NCBI GenBank assembly: GCA_033442325.1
Contig: JAWQFM010000003.1
Coordinates: forward strand, 452,570 to 516,569
Source of the DNA: Salpingoeca rosetta
Lineage: Eukaryota; Protista; Choanoflagellata
Direction of reading: 5' to 3'
DNA: 64,000 nucleotides
Positions 27,691-40,896 of the stretch are shown here, piece by piece. The notes under the pieces were generated by a model that was given only the letters and a program-made list of their open reading frames with translations, was not told the DNA's origin and searched no databases. The first letter of the stretch is position 1. Every line of letters begins with the position of its first letter. The position numbers and the translations under genes are program-made.

Positions 27691-27900
27691 AGTGAAACGT
27701 ACCCTGTCAAACACAACACCCTCACTCACAAGCGCATACGCAAATCCTCACCCACAAACGCATGCCCATGTTCACACACCCCCTCCCTCAAACCTGCAGC
27801 GAGTGGCGAGAAGAAGCGTGTGCCAGACGGGTGCCGGCCACTGCTGATGCAGAGCCAGTGGGAAGACGAAGACTCGAAACTCGTCCTCATCACACGCTGA
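19447..27900 (+). CDS. ANKFN1: ANKFN1/Nmf9/wide-awake family protein: CRIB + ankyrin + FN3 + conserved GLYL domains + Ras-association domain
   Basis: [18 protein letters not shown]; ankyrin [28 protein letters not shown]; FN3 PAAPRNVRL...VVTRYKVLWS...[15 protein letters not shown] followed by PSSWRE; family motifs RGLYFAA and PGLYLA...HNHVSKDEW; C-terminal RA-like segment ending ...SKLVLITR* (TGA 27898-27900). About 20 GT-AG introns splice in frame. Confidence 0.85.
20992..21103. repeat. Intronic tandem repeat, 3 x ~37 bp
   Basis: Unit ATCATGTTTGCACAGCACGGTGTATTGCTCCGTCTTG, three near-identical copies. Confidence 0.95.
25309..25547. repeat. Interrupted (AAC)n intronic repeat
   Basis: AAC runs punctuated by TTC/TTA, inside an ANKFN1 intron. 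Confidence 0.95.
25861..26300. repeat. Intronic minisatellite with palindromic GGTGTACACC core, 10 copies
   Basis: The core recurs every ~40 or ~60 bp, separated by TG-rich sequence. The first copy is the variant GGTTTACACC. Confidence 0.92.
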
Positions 27901-28275
27901 TCCCATTTCATGTCCTTCCCCGGCTTGCCCATGCACATCTGCATGTACTCGTGTGCAATGCTGTGCACATTTCTCTGCATGCCTTGTTCAGTTTGAATCC
28001 CCTCTTCTTACCTTTCCCCTCTTCTGTCTGCCTTGCTGTGCCGCATTTTTTTGACCAGCGTACTTGCTTGCCCCTGACGCAATACTTGTTCATCATATTG
28101 TTCCTTTTACTTGCGTTACAGACTATTTGAAGCTTTGTTCCCCCGTTTTCACGTGCATGCACATGCCAGTATGTGCGTTGCTGGCGTGTCCCTGCTGGCT
28201 GTTTTCATAGAAATACAGTAGTTGCCAAACGACGAACGTTCGCCAACACCATCACATCACGCCGCCACTCGGCCA

Positions 28276-29874
28276 TCACGATTCAAGGAGGAAGTCATAG
28301 TCACGCTTCACGGGCAGGGTGACCCGCAGCTGCTGCTTGTCTGCAATCCACTGCGCCTTGCCGTTCTTGTCATCAACCTGCGCGAGAGAGATTGGAGGTG
28401 GAGCGGGACGGGAGGTGGAGGTGTCACACGCAGAGACAACACTGTGGTGAGACAACACTGTGGTGATGAGGTGAATGAACGTGGTTGTTATGGGTGGTGG
28501 TCTGCATGCAAGGTGATTGAGCGTGTAGTGTGTCAGAAACATAACCATCGGCACAGTGCGTGCAAGGCAACGTACGGGGTGTGGCAGCGTGAGGTTGAGG
28601 CGGTGTGTTGGCGTCAGCACGTTCATGGACTCCCGCTTCACTTGCAAGTCAACGTGCTTGACGTCGTGGGCCGGCAGCTCCACCACCACCTGCACGTGTG
28701 GAACAGCGCACGGGGGAAAGCGGGGGGGGGGGGGAGTGTGAGTGAGTATGTGGAGGATGAGGGAGGTGTTGCGACTGCGAGGAGAGGAGGCGGAGCCATG
28801 TGCAGCATAAACGTGGAGGTGGCAGTGGCACCGACATGACGTGCAGGGACTTGTGCAGAGCAACAGCATGGAGATGCAAACTGCTTACGATTGGACCACC
28901 CATAGACACACATACGCACAGACACACATATGCACAGACACGCGGACACAGATACACAGCCGCACACAGACACACACAGACACACAGACAAGCACACACG
29001 CACACAAGCACACATACGCACAGACACACGGACGCACGGACACAGATACACAGCCACTCTCAGACGCACAGACAAACACACGCACCACAATCTCGTTACA
29101 GCTGTGACTAGAAGGGTTACGGCCACTCATTCCGAGATACATGTCCTCTGGTGTAACTGCCTGTTTAAAGTGCAAAGTGTACCTGTGACAGTGCACGCCC
29201 ATGAGCGAAGGAAAAGGTAGCAACACTGTGTCCATCGCAGCGCTGATGATGGCGGGAATGGGAAAAGACAGGCAAGGGGGTTCTCAACAATGCCCAACAG
29301 GCAGCAACGTGTGATGCATACTTTGGCTCTGGTCTGTCGTCATCGTCAATGGTTGCGTGATTTTCCGACTCGACCTCGTCCTCTGTCCAGATGTCCTTTG
29401 AGTTTGCCAGCTTTTCTTGCTGCGCCTGGCGAATCTGTTTGTCCTTGGCTGACTTGCGTGTCACCATCGCAGGCTGTGCTTCAGTGCCATTGCCCGTGCT
29501 GCTCGATGCAATGCCTCCCGGTGTTGCAAAGGCGGGTCCCGCAGAGCTGAAGGGACAGCGCAGGCAAAAGCCTCAGTGTGAGATGACTGCTTCGTTGGCT
29601 GCGGGCAATAAAGCACAAACAAGGAACTATTTGCTTCCACACAGACACAGACAGACACAGACACACACACACAGCCTAACAGACACACACACACACAGAC
29701 ACACACACACACACACACACGCACACACAGACACACACATACAGACACACACACATACAGAGACGCACACACATACTACTTGTTGTTGTCAGCAGTATCC
29801 TCTTCATTTTCCTGAGGCGTTGCCAGCAAGTCCTTGAGTGCCGACAGCGTCAGCGACGTGGAGAAGTCTCCCAT
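28276..29874 (-). CDS. DNAAF6: Dynein axonemal assembly factor 6 (PIH1D3/twister)
   Basis: [17 protein letters not shown]...KDIWTEDEV...DDRPEPK|[32 protein letters not shown]|VVVELP...[10 protein letters not shown]|[33 protein letters not shown]; diagnostic PIH1D3 motifs. Confidence 0.92.
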
Positions 29875-29913
29875 TGTCGTGGATGTGTTGCTGGATGGTG
29901 TTTGTTTGTCGTC

Positions 29914-29927
29914 GTTGCCAGCCGCGC
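29914..29927. promoter_or_regulatory. Candidate RFX X-box upstream of DNAAF6
   Basis: GTTGCCA half-site 40 bp upstream of the ATG of a ciliary gene; the second half is degenerate. Confidence 0.45.
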
Positions 29928-29981
29928 GATGATTTATGGAAAATTTCCACAAATCTTCCCAACTTCGAGTGCGGAAGGAGG

Positions 29982-31384
29982 ATGGCTGTTGTGTTTGGGC
30001 GCTGCGTGCGGATGTTGGTGTTGTTGTCAGTGGTGGTGCTCTTGGTGCTGGCAGTAGGGGTTGATGTGTGTGATGGAGCGTGGATTGAACCGACGATTCT
30101 GGGGCCTGACGACCGCATCGCATACATTCGACCACGCAAAACTGGGTCAACTTCCCTTGTCTCCTTCTTCAGACAGGTCAGTGTTGCTGTGCTTCTGCTG
30201 CTGTGTTATGTGCGTTGTGTGTTGTTGCTGTGTATATGTGGGTGCAGGAGCGGTGTGAACTGCGCCTTTTCGCTGCGTTGGTGTGTGGTGGTTCAGCTGT
30301 GATTGACCTGACTCGACTCACCGCTCCACATTCTTGCACATGACACTCATTTGTCAGGCTGGATGGTGTGAGAACCACTGTGTGCCGGGGCTTGGGGTGT
30401 GCGCGGAGTGCTTGTACACGTGGGACTGCTCGCGATGCCCGGAGCTCATGACGACGTACAAGCAATGCGGGGAGTGCAGCCACTTGATGCTTCCACTCTT
30501 GCGCTCCAGGTTCTCCAACGTGCAGCGTGCGCTCATCGACAGGAAAGGGTATGGCAACGGGCGCATGTACACGGTGATGCTCTTGCGTGACCCCGTGGAC
30601 CGTCTGCTGTCCTTCTTCTTCTTCGTGCGGGCAGCCTGTCCCTACCGTGGCTCGGAGGAGCTGGCGCAGGAGGCCCAAAAGAAGCTCATTCCTCTCCCTT
30701 GGCTGATTAACTCCCCTGAAGACCTGCAAGCTGCCATATGCGACGGTGACTTTGAGACGTTTCTCAAGCTCACGCCGGTCCACAACGAAATGGCGGTATG
30801 TGTGTGTGTGCGTGCGTGTGTGTGTGTGTGAGTGTGTGTGTGTGCGTGTGTGTGTGCGTTTTGTGGATGTGTGTACGCAGGCGTGTGTGCGTATGAGACA
30901 ATGTAGCATTTCAAACACATCCATCGTCCAAAGCACAACAACCGCCTTGCCACCCCCTGCTTTTGCTTCCCCCCTGCTGCTCAACCCATGCCGCACCAAA
31001 CCCCTCGCCAAATTTCGCGCACAGGATCTGCTTGTAGGCATCTCGTACTTCGATCCGAACATCACGTCGCAGCAGTGCGACAATGCGCTGATGCGTCTGG
31101 AGGAGATGGCTGTTGTGCTCTTGAACGAGGAGATGGAGGATGGTCTGCACATGCTCAAGGCCACGCTGATCCGCCCACCAGAGGCCCCGCCCCCGCCGCG
31201 CGTGCCGGAGAGCCAGCTGTTCCAGCAACACGTGCGCGCGTCGCGGTCAGATCCGCTGCGCGACGCCATTCGCGCCAACGCCACGCTGGTGCACATGCTC
31301 AAGCAGTACAACCACTGCGACGAGCGGTTGTATGCGCGGGCGGTACAGATCTTCCACGAGGCGAAGCAGCGCCTGTTGGGCTAG
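29982..31384 (+). CDS. Golgi-type (carbohydrate) sulfotransferase, 3 exons
   Basis: N-terminal hydrophobic anchor; 5'-PSB-like YIRPRKTGSTS; 3'-PB-like TVMLLRDPVDRLLSFF; C-terminal N..D..LY..A...F motif (YNHCDERLYARAVQIF). Confidence 0.85.
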
Positions 31385-31762
31385 AGCAAGGCCAGTAGAG
31401 ACTGCAATCACCAGGACAGGGACGACGATACTTGCACGTGCGCATGTTTGCTTGTGTGTGTGTGTGTGTGTTTGTGTGAGGTTGTGCGTGTGCGTGTGTT
31501 TGCATGTTTGTGCGTGTGTGGGTGTTTGTGCGTGTTTGTGCGTGTTTGGGTGTGAGGTTGTGCGTGTGTTTGTGTGTGTTTGTGCGCGCGTGATGTTGCT
31601 GCACTTGTATTGGTTTGTTGCTTGCAGCGCGTACAGAGTCACGCATGACGTTGATTGTTACTTTTATCTACGCGTACCACGCAGTATGTTACACAGCGCG
31701 GGGGAGCTCCCAACCCAACAAACAGTATGCAACGTGCTTGTGCATTGAGAGCGAGCACCACA

Positions 31763-32107
31763 TCATGTGCGGCACACAAACACGACCGACGGCTGGTGCA
31801 GGTACTGCTGCGCACGCTGAAGACAGTCCGTCGCCAACGCTGAAGGGAGGGGGATAGAGTGCGTGCGTGCGTGTTTGTGTGTGTGTGCATGCGTGCGTGC
31901 GTGCGTGCGTGCGTGTGTGTGTGTGAAAGAGTGAGTGCGTTTGTGTGTACATGTGCCAACGAACGAGGAGTTACAAGTGGTGATGAGAAACGCAGGACTA
32001 CCAGATCAAACACATCATCTTGCAAATGAACACCAGCAGGCTGCAAGCGGGCAAACTCAATGACTTTCAGCTCCTTGCACACACACACACACACAAAAGC
32101 ACACACA

Positions 32108-32143
<36 letters not shown>

Positions 32144-32302
32144 AGCACACAGAGCAAGGTGCGGACACAAACCTGATGTCTCTGCAGCGCCGCTGAACTT
32201 TGGCGAAGACACGCAGTACGGATTGGTGCAGGTCTCACTGCCACAGCCAATGGTCGCCTGGCGCGCACACGCATGTCGGAGTGGATGCCATGGCCGCAGT
32301 GG

Positions 32303-32377
<75 letters not shown>

Positions 32378-33815
32378 ACACACACACACACACGCACACG
32401 TGGCCGGTGCTGTGAGACGCACACAACACAGGAGATAGAGAGGCGGGGCAAGCGAGCAGGGAAGGACACACGCACACACACGCACACACAACACACCATA
32501 TTGTAGTATGCCTTCACGAGGATGCGAATAAACTCCTTCTTGTCAGCATGGTCCACGGACATGCCAGAGAGTTCGCTCAGCTGTGATGATGAGGTGTGCG
32601 AGTGTTAACGTGTGCGCGCGTGTGTGTGTGCGTGAGTTGTGTGATGTGTGTGTGTGACTTGCGTGTGTGACGTGTGTGTTTACGTAGGGCTGTGCTGTGT
32701 GTTGTGTTGGGAAAGAGCAAGCTGCAGGCGCCGCCACGCGCCGTATTGACCGGCAGTCACACCAGCCACCGTCCCCCTCCCCTTCATTCATGTTCAAACG
32801 TACGCGATTGCGACATTGCCTGCAGACGCCAAGTTCGCTTGTCGTTTCGTTCGTGCAGCCGTCATTTGCACACACACGCGCCTCGACCCCACTCGCCACC
32901 GGTGCCTGCTGCTGCTGCTGCTGGTGGTGGTGCGTCGTGGCGTTGTGTCGTGTCACCATGTCCTGCTGCAGTTCGTGCTCTGTTGAAAATCCGGGAACGG
33001 ATGGAATTTCCGGTACGCGGTCTTCAAATCCGGCTCTGGTGGCGCAGAAACACAACAGTGGAGCGGTGGTGTGGGTGAGGCAGAGCAGGTGGTGTGGGCG
33101 AGGCAGAGCAGGTGGTGTGGGTGAGGTGGAACGAGTTGTTGCGCGCACACAGGGCGGCAGGTGCACACAAACAGAAGTGCCGCCCGAATGCAGCCCGAAT
33201 GCAAAATAATGCAAATGAATGCAAATAAACACACACACGCACATACATGCACAAACCACATACATACACACATCCACACACACGCACAAAAACAACACAA
33301 ACACGAACACGAACACACACACACACACACACATACACGGACGGGCACACAATGCAAGGCAGCTTCCAACCTGCTCCAGGCCTGTGCGCGCATGCGAGCG
33401 AGTTGCTGGGGATCCGTGATTGGCTTTGCAACGTATGTCGTTCTGCTCGCGGTGGGCGCTGCTGCTGTCGTTGCGGTTGCGGGTGCATGGGATTGTGCCG
33501 TGACATCACCGGTGCCTGCTGTGTCGTGCTGGTTGGCGTGGAGGGCCTGATGCATCTCCATGTCCTTCAGGCGCACGCGTGCACCGCAGACAGCGCACGT
33601 CTCAGTCCGGCTGCCGCACTCGCTCTGCGTGACAGTCGTGGCCATGTTCACGAGAGTGTGAGAGTCATTCGAGTGAAGGGAAAGGGCAAAGAGGGCAAAA
33701 AAGCGAGTGACACATCGAAACACAGCCACAGCCACAGCCACAGCCACAGCCACAGACGAAAGAACACACACAGCCACAGCCACAGCCACAGACGAAAGAA
33801 CACACACACACACAG

Positions 33816-33846
<31 letters not shown>

Positions 33847-34794
33847 TACACGCAGACACACACAGACACACGCACACACACACACACACACGGACACACG
33901 CACACACACACACACAGGCACACACAGATACACACAGACGGGCAGGCAGCGGGACCTCGTGTTGGGTGAGGCCGGCGAGGCGGTCGCGGGGATCTGATGG
34001 GGCACGGCCCGCACGCATGGTGTTGAAGCAGAAGCGGCACGTCACCACGCGCAGCGGACACGTCTGGTGGCGGCAGTGGGTTGGGGTGGGTTGGGGGAGG
34101 AGGTGGAAGCAATGTGCAGCCAGTGGGCTTGTGGCAAGAAAGCTGTACGCGAAAGGGGCAAATACAAACACACCCACATGCACACACCAGCACGTACACA
34201 TACACATTCGCATACACACAAACACACATGTGTTGATACCTTGGCCTTGTGCTCTTGCATCTCCAGCAGCGGTAGGGAGGCACCACAATCGCAGTGCAGG
34301 GTGGTGGAGTGGAACAAGTCAATGTGCTTTGCCTTTGCGTGCTCGCTGTCGCAGACGAACGGTCGCCCAGCCTGCTCACACGCATCGCAGTGGAAGTGCT
34401 CGCCCATTGCTGTTCGACGCACGGCACGCCCACACCGCTCGCACACGACGTTGTGGCGCCGGCAAAATGCGACGTGGCGTGCAAACGACATGGCAGGGAC
34501 GTCGTGCCCGCAGTTATCGCAGCGCTGCGTCGCCTGTGCATTCAAATCGCAAGTGCCATCCACTACCATGGACTGCTGCTGCTGTTGCTGTTGCTGTTGT
34601 TGTTGTTGTGTGGTCTGGCCTTCTTGCTCGTCTTGCTCTTCCTCTTCCTCAGGCTCAAGTGACGCTGCCCGTAGCTTCACCTGCGTCTTATCGCACCCGT
34701 ACGCGCGAACGGCAACAAACCTGTCCAAGCGAGTGTGTTTGTGAGTGTGCGTGCTGAGTGTGCGTGCTGAGTGTGCGTGCTGAGTTTTCGTGCA

Positions 34795-34842
<48 letters not shown>

Positions 34843-36885
34843 TGTGTGTGCATGTGTGTGTATGTGTATGTGTGTGTGTGTGCCTGCTCTTGGGTTTTGT
34901 GAATCTCTTTGTGCCAGTGCACTAACTGCTTCGTGTCACGGACAGCGAACGAAAGGACAACAGCGAGCAACACTCACTCACCATGTCGTTTCTTTCGGAT
35001 CGTTGACGGTGATGGTTCCGCGACGGTCATAGTCGTCCTCTGTACATGTGTGCGTGAAGAGATTGCGCGTTGGCGACTCCGTGTGTGACGCCGGAGAAAT
35101 GTACATCTCAACATCGCCGCGGCTCGGCGCCTGTATCGTGGCGGCGGTGGTGGTGATGAGGAACATTAGAGGTTGTGCTGTGTGAGGGAGTGTGGAAATG
35201 TGTGCGTGTGTGCGTGTGTGTTTGTGTGCATGTGCGTGCTTTTGTGTTGGTGCATGTGTATTTGTGCATGTGTGTGCGTATGCATGGGTGTGGTTGTGAA
35301 TATGTGGGTGTATTCTTCGTGTGATCGCTGTGCAGCGATTGCGAGTCAGGGGCTGCATATGTACCTCATAGGAAACCTGAAAAGGGGTGCACTGGGGCAA
35401 GGACAGCTTGAGGGTGGTGTAGGACTTTGATGTTGCATCAGCGGCGGCCCCAGAAGTGCTGTCCAGCAACAGGACGTTTCCACCACCACCACTGGCTACC
35501 ACGTCCCGCTTCTCCGTCACCATGCCGGTCAAGTCCACCTCCAGGTCTGCACACAGACACACATGCATGCAACCGCAAGTGAGGTGGGTTTGTATGAATC
35601 GAAAGCAAAAGACACAGATACACACAGACGCAGACAAACAGACAAACAGACAGACAAACACACAAACAGACAGACAGACAGGCAGACAGACACAGACACA
35701 GACAGGCACACACAGGCACTCACCTGCGTCGATGAGAGAGCACTGGCGCTCCGGCAAGAGCTCGAGGACCTCCAATTTGTATGCGATGCCGAGATGGTCC
35801 ACGCGGATGGTGGACCCCTGTAGGGAACGGCATCAGTGGTAAATGTGCGTGCCGCGGTGTGAGCCGGCATGTGGCTGCATGGTGCTGCGCGGCTTGGCGA
35901 CGTACTAAGGGGTCAAGGGACGTTGTGCGCGCGCACTCTCACCACACACGCACACACACGCACACACTCTCACCGCACACGCACACAAGTAGTGATCTAC
36001 CTCTGTGAGGGTGCGGTAGTTGCCTTCCAGTGCCCTCTCCAGGACGGCCTTGTGGTTCTGCAGCTTGAAGAACGCTTCGTCAAGCACGCGAAAGCGGCAA
36101 AACTCTGCCGTGGGCAGCTCGTCCACAAGCTCAAGCCAGATCTGCACAGATGTGGGTGTTCAATTGAGTGGGCGAAGGAGCTGGGTGTTTTGGCTTGCGT
36201 TGGTGTTGTGTTTGTGTTGGGAATAGCGAATGGAAGGGTTACATATAGTGCAGCACGTGGCCAATGTGCGCAGACAACATCTCGTCTGGGCCTGACCTTT
36301 GAGCCGGGGCTGAGCTTGAGTTGTTGCAAGAGCCAGCCGGGAACGATGGCTGTGTTCTCTGGGGCATTGAAGCTATGCACACTGCATGCGACCTTGTCCT
36401 CCGCCTTGGAAATCTTGCGGACAGCTGCTCGAAGCAGCAGAGGTTTCCCTACAAGTGCGTGCGTGTTTGTGGGAGGGGAACGAGCGTGCACACAAGTGTG
36501 TGGGAACGCTGAGGTGAACCAAAATCATTCAATGGCAATGCACGATTATCCACACGCACACAAGTACACACAGACACACGTACACACACAGACACACGCA
36601 CACACGCATGTACACACACACGCACACATGCACGTACGCACGTACACACGCATGTACACACACACACGTACACACGCACGCACGCACGCACGCACGTAAA
36701 CACACACGTACACACGTACACACGCACGTACACGTACGCACACACGCACGCAATCTCTTACCGAGCTCCATACGGTCGTGCAGCTCATGCAATGCAGATG
36801 ATGGGAGCACAATGCGGTCGCTGGGTGCCACAGCGAGTGCTTCGCCGTCTCCTTCCTCCACCGTCAGCCACGCCGTCCATGCCAT
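31763..36885 (-). CDS. UFD1-like N-terminal domain fused to TRAF/XAF1-type zinc fingers, an A20-like finger and a C-terminal AZUL domain
   Basis: UFD1-like SDRIVLPSSALHEL, CSVHSFNAPENTAIVPGWL, NHKAVLERALEGNYRTLTEG, CSLIDADLEVDL. Zinc fingers CDNCGHDV...HVAFC, CPLRVVTCRFC, CGSRTETCAVCG...HQALH. AZUL-like KAYYNMATIGCGSETCTNPYCVSS...ALATDCLQ...FVCRT* (TGA 31765-31763). Confidence 0.82.
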
Positions 36886-37083
36886 GACGTGATGTGAGGT
36901 TGTCGTCGTGTATGTTGTGGTGGGTATGTTTTGTGGTTGTCTTCTTGCTTCTTGCTTGCTTGCTTGAGTTTGCTCGCCTTTCAGTTGTGTGTGTCAGCAA
37001 ACACTGAATCCAGTCGGGACCACAAAGTGACTGAATTCAGTTTACATGTTTGTTGCGCGTCTTGACACACACAAGCAGCAGAG

Positions 37084-37674
37084 ATGAGGTGCGTGGTGTG
37101 CTGCGCGGTGTTGCAGCGTGTTGACGGACGGATATGCGTGTTCCTTGGGCTGGCCGGCTCCAATGCGTTGGCGTCGTTGCCTGGCCATGGTCGGTCTTGG
37201 CCTTGTCGATGTGGTTCTTCGTCCTCGTAGCTGTACCCTCACCGCGTCCCTTGATTTTTTTATTTATTTTGTTGCGTGGGTTCTCAACGCAACACCAGGT
37301 CACAGGCGCTGTCATTGTATCGTCGCATGCTGCGCGAAGCGCAGGGGTTTGTCTCCTACAACGTCAGGTGGGTTTGTGTGTTGTGTCGCTTGTGGGAGGG
37401 TACTTTTCTGTGTGAGTGTGTGTTCGTTTCTGTGCTGCGGTGAAGTGAGGCTTACTGTGTTTTGTTTTGCGTGGTGATAGGTCATATGCAGTCCGGCGAG
37501 TCCGTGAAGGCTTCAGACAAGCAAAGGGCGAGGCAGACCCAGCCGTGCTGGAGAACATGTTTTCCAAGGCAAAGGAAGATCTGGAGATGTTGAAGCGACA
37601 GGTCCGCCCTTGGTTCCATCTCGTGTGCATTCTGCATTCCGCAGTTCGTATGCATTGATGTGCGCGTGTGCGTG

Positions 37675-37744
<70 letters not shown>

Positions 37745-37915
37745 TTGGCGATGGCTGCTGACAACTCGTTCAGCCCCCCGCCTCTATCCTTTGCGGCCGT
37801 TTTCCTTCCTGTACTGCTTGCTTGCTCACACACAACTTCCTACCCCCATGTCTTTGTTTTGCAGAGGGTGGTGTACCAGTTGTACGCGCACCCAAGTGGT
37901 AGCATGCTCGGCTGA
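37084..37915 (+). CDS. LYRM4: LYR motif protein ISD11 (Fe-S cluster assembly)
   Basis: MR|SQALSLYRRMLREAQGFVSYNVR|SYAVRRVREGFRQAK...AKEDLEMLKRQ|RVVYQLYAHPSGSMLG*. Confidence 0.92.
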
Positions 37916-37975
37916 GCGTCCTGGGAATTTGTCAACTGCAGTTGCCTTGGTCAACCTGCGTAGCATCGAACCACC

Positions 37976-38070
<95 letters not shown>

Positions 38071-38249
38071 GTGTGCATTTTCATCGACAATGCCCGTCTG
38101 GGCTGTGTGAGTGTTGCGAGCCGTTTCGTGTCGCTCTGTTCCGCACGTTTGTCGGCTGCTCGTCCGTCGCGAGCACCACAGTAGTAAAGTCTTAACCACC
38201 GTCTCGTTTACTGAAGAAACACACACACACGCACACACAGAGTGCGAGG

Positions 38250-39546
38250 TTACAGACTGACAACGTTCAGCTCCTCTTGAACAGCTTCAACATCATCAGC
38301 CTCATCTTGTTGTTGCTGCTGTTGCTGCTGTGCTGATGACGACGATGAGGATGGCTGTGACGGCGCGTGTGCAGGAACCACGACATCTGTCTCTCCAAGC
38401 GCCGTTGTCCTCTTCATCTCGCATGCCTGGGGCAGGCGGAGTACACAACAAGGCAAGCACGGTGATAGGAGTGTGCAGTTGTTTGTTGCAAAGCAAGCGA
38501 AAGTCAGTGCGAGAAGCGTTGAAGGCACTGCAATACACGAGCAAGCAGCAGCGACAACAACAGCAACAAGAACATCATCACCACAACCNNNNNNNNNNNN
38601 NNNNNNNNNNNNNNNNNNNNNNNNNNNNNNNNNNNNNNNNNNNNNNNNNNNNNNNNNNNNNNNNNNNNNNNNNNNNNNNNNNNNNNNNNNNNNNNNNNNN
38701 NNNNNNNNNNNNNNNNNNNNNNNNNNNNNNNNNNNNNNNNNNNNNNNNNNNNNNNNNNNNNNNNNNNNNNNNNNNNNNNNNNNNNNNNNNNNNNNNNNNN
38801 NNNNNNNNNNNNNNNNNNNNNNNNNNNNNNNNNNNNNNNNNNNNNNNNNNNNNNNNNNNNNNNNNNNNNNNNNNNNNNNNNNNNNNNNNNNNNNNNNNNN
38901 NNNNNNNNNNNNNNNNNNNNNNNNNNNNNNNNNNNNNNNNNNNNNNNNNNNNNNNNNNNNNNNNNNNNNNNNNNNNNNNNNNNNNNNNNNNNNNNNNNNN
39001 NNNNNNNNNNNNNNNNNNNNNNNNNNNNNNNNNNNNNNNNNNNNNNNNNNNNNNNNNNNNNNNNNNNNNNNNNNNNNNNNNNNNNNNNNNNNNNNNNNNN
39101 NNNNNNNNNNNNNNNNNNNNNNNNNNNNNNNNNNNNNNNNNNNNNNNNNNNNNNNNNNNNNNNNNNNNNNNNNNNNNNNNNNNNNNNNNNNNNNNNNNNN
39201 NNNNNNNNNNNNNNNNNNNNNNNNNNNNNNNNNNNNNNNNNNNNNNNNNNNNNNNNNNNNNNNNNNNNNNNNNNNNNNNNNNNNNNNNNNNNNNNNNNNN
39301 NNNNNNNNNNNNNNNNNNNNNNNNNNNNNNNNNNNNNNNNNNNNNNNNNNNNNNNNNNNNNNNNNNNNNNNNNNNNNNNNNNNNNNNNNNNNNNNNNNNN
39401 NNNNNNNNNNNNNNNNNNNNNNNNNNNNNNNNNNNNNNNNNNNNNNNNNNNNNNNNNNNNNNNNNNNNNNNNNNNNNNNNNNNNNNNNNNNNNNNNNNNN
39501 NNNNNNNNNNNNNNNNNCACCCACACACACCCACCCACACACCCAC

Positions 39547-39633
<87 letters not shown>

Positions 39634-40864
39634 TACAGACACAGAGACAAACACGGAGACACAGACAGGCACACACGCACACAATCACATAAGCACACAC
39701 ACACCCCGGCAACCAAACAAGCAAAGGGCAGAAGGAAACAATCCAGGAGGTGTGAACCTTTGCGACGAAGGTGCCACCGGGCTTGAGCACGTGTGTTGTG
39801 ATGTTAAGGGCAGCGAGGAGAAGTTGCGCCTGCACATACTCGTCAATGTCGTGCAGACCCGTCACATCTGGCGCACCGTCACAGATGACTGCACACACAC
39901 ACACACACACACATGGAGACAACAAGACAGGGCGAAGCATGCACAGACACGCAAATACACACACACGCACACACACACACACACACACGCACACACACAC
40001 ACACGCACACACACACACACACACGCACGCACACAGACACAGACAGGGATGAGGAGTTGAACAAACAAAGTAAGTGGCAGATGACACAGCATCAAGGTCA
40101 AAGGTTACACCCAAGCAGAGCATGTCCTGACCGAGATCTGCTTTTTCGCCTTCAAAGTGATCCACAATGGCGGTCGCTGTGGACTCCTGGAGCAGCGTGT
40201 ATGCAACAGCAACAGCCCACATGTGCGTGTGCGTGGGATGTTGTCGAGTGAAGCGTGAGCGGAGCGGTTGGAGTGTGGAAGCGGGAAGGAGAGAACAGCA
40301 GGCCATGCACGAGAATACTTCCGCCGTAATTGTGCAAAGCTCGCTCATGTCTCCTTGCTGTTGCAAGCGCGTGCCGTGCACCTTTGTGATGTCGCCCTGC
40401 ATCTGAATGATGCCATCCAGCGGTGCCATGGCTTGCAGGTCCACGGCCACGACTTTGACGTCTTCATCCTCTTGAGGCCTACAAGGTAGACGGGGGTGGG
40501 GCGAGTGCAAGTGTGCGAGTGTGCGAGTGTGCGAGTGTGCGAGTGTGCGAGTGTGCGAATGAGTGTCACTGTGAGTTGCATCAACTGTTTTTTCAATGCA
40601 GGAGACCTTCAAGTGACTGGTGCATATCCCACACACACACACACACTCCTTTGAATCGTACTTGAGTTTGCGTTGAAGCACCTGTGACCAAGAGCCTGGC
40701 GCTGCGCACAGGTCCACGACCTTCTTCACACCGCTGAACAGATCAAACTGTGTGTCCAGCTGCAGCAGCTTGAACGCGCTTCGCGCTCGCCACCCCTGTC
40801 AAGACACACACGCACACGCACACACACATACACACGCACACACACGCACACACACACGCACACG

Positions 40865-40896
<32 letters not shown>

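Noticed and set aside
32057-32074. Alternative UFD1-like ending ...GAESH*
   Set aside because: The acceptor at 31842 gives an in-frame exon that completes the AZUL-like helix and final Cys, which fits better.
38250-40729. ORFs spanning the N-gap
   Set aside because: Their length is an artefact of the Ns.
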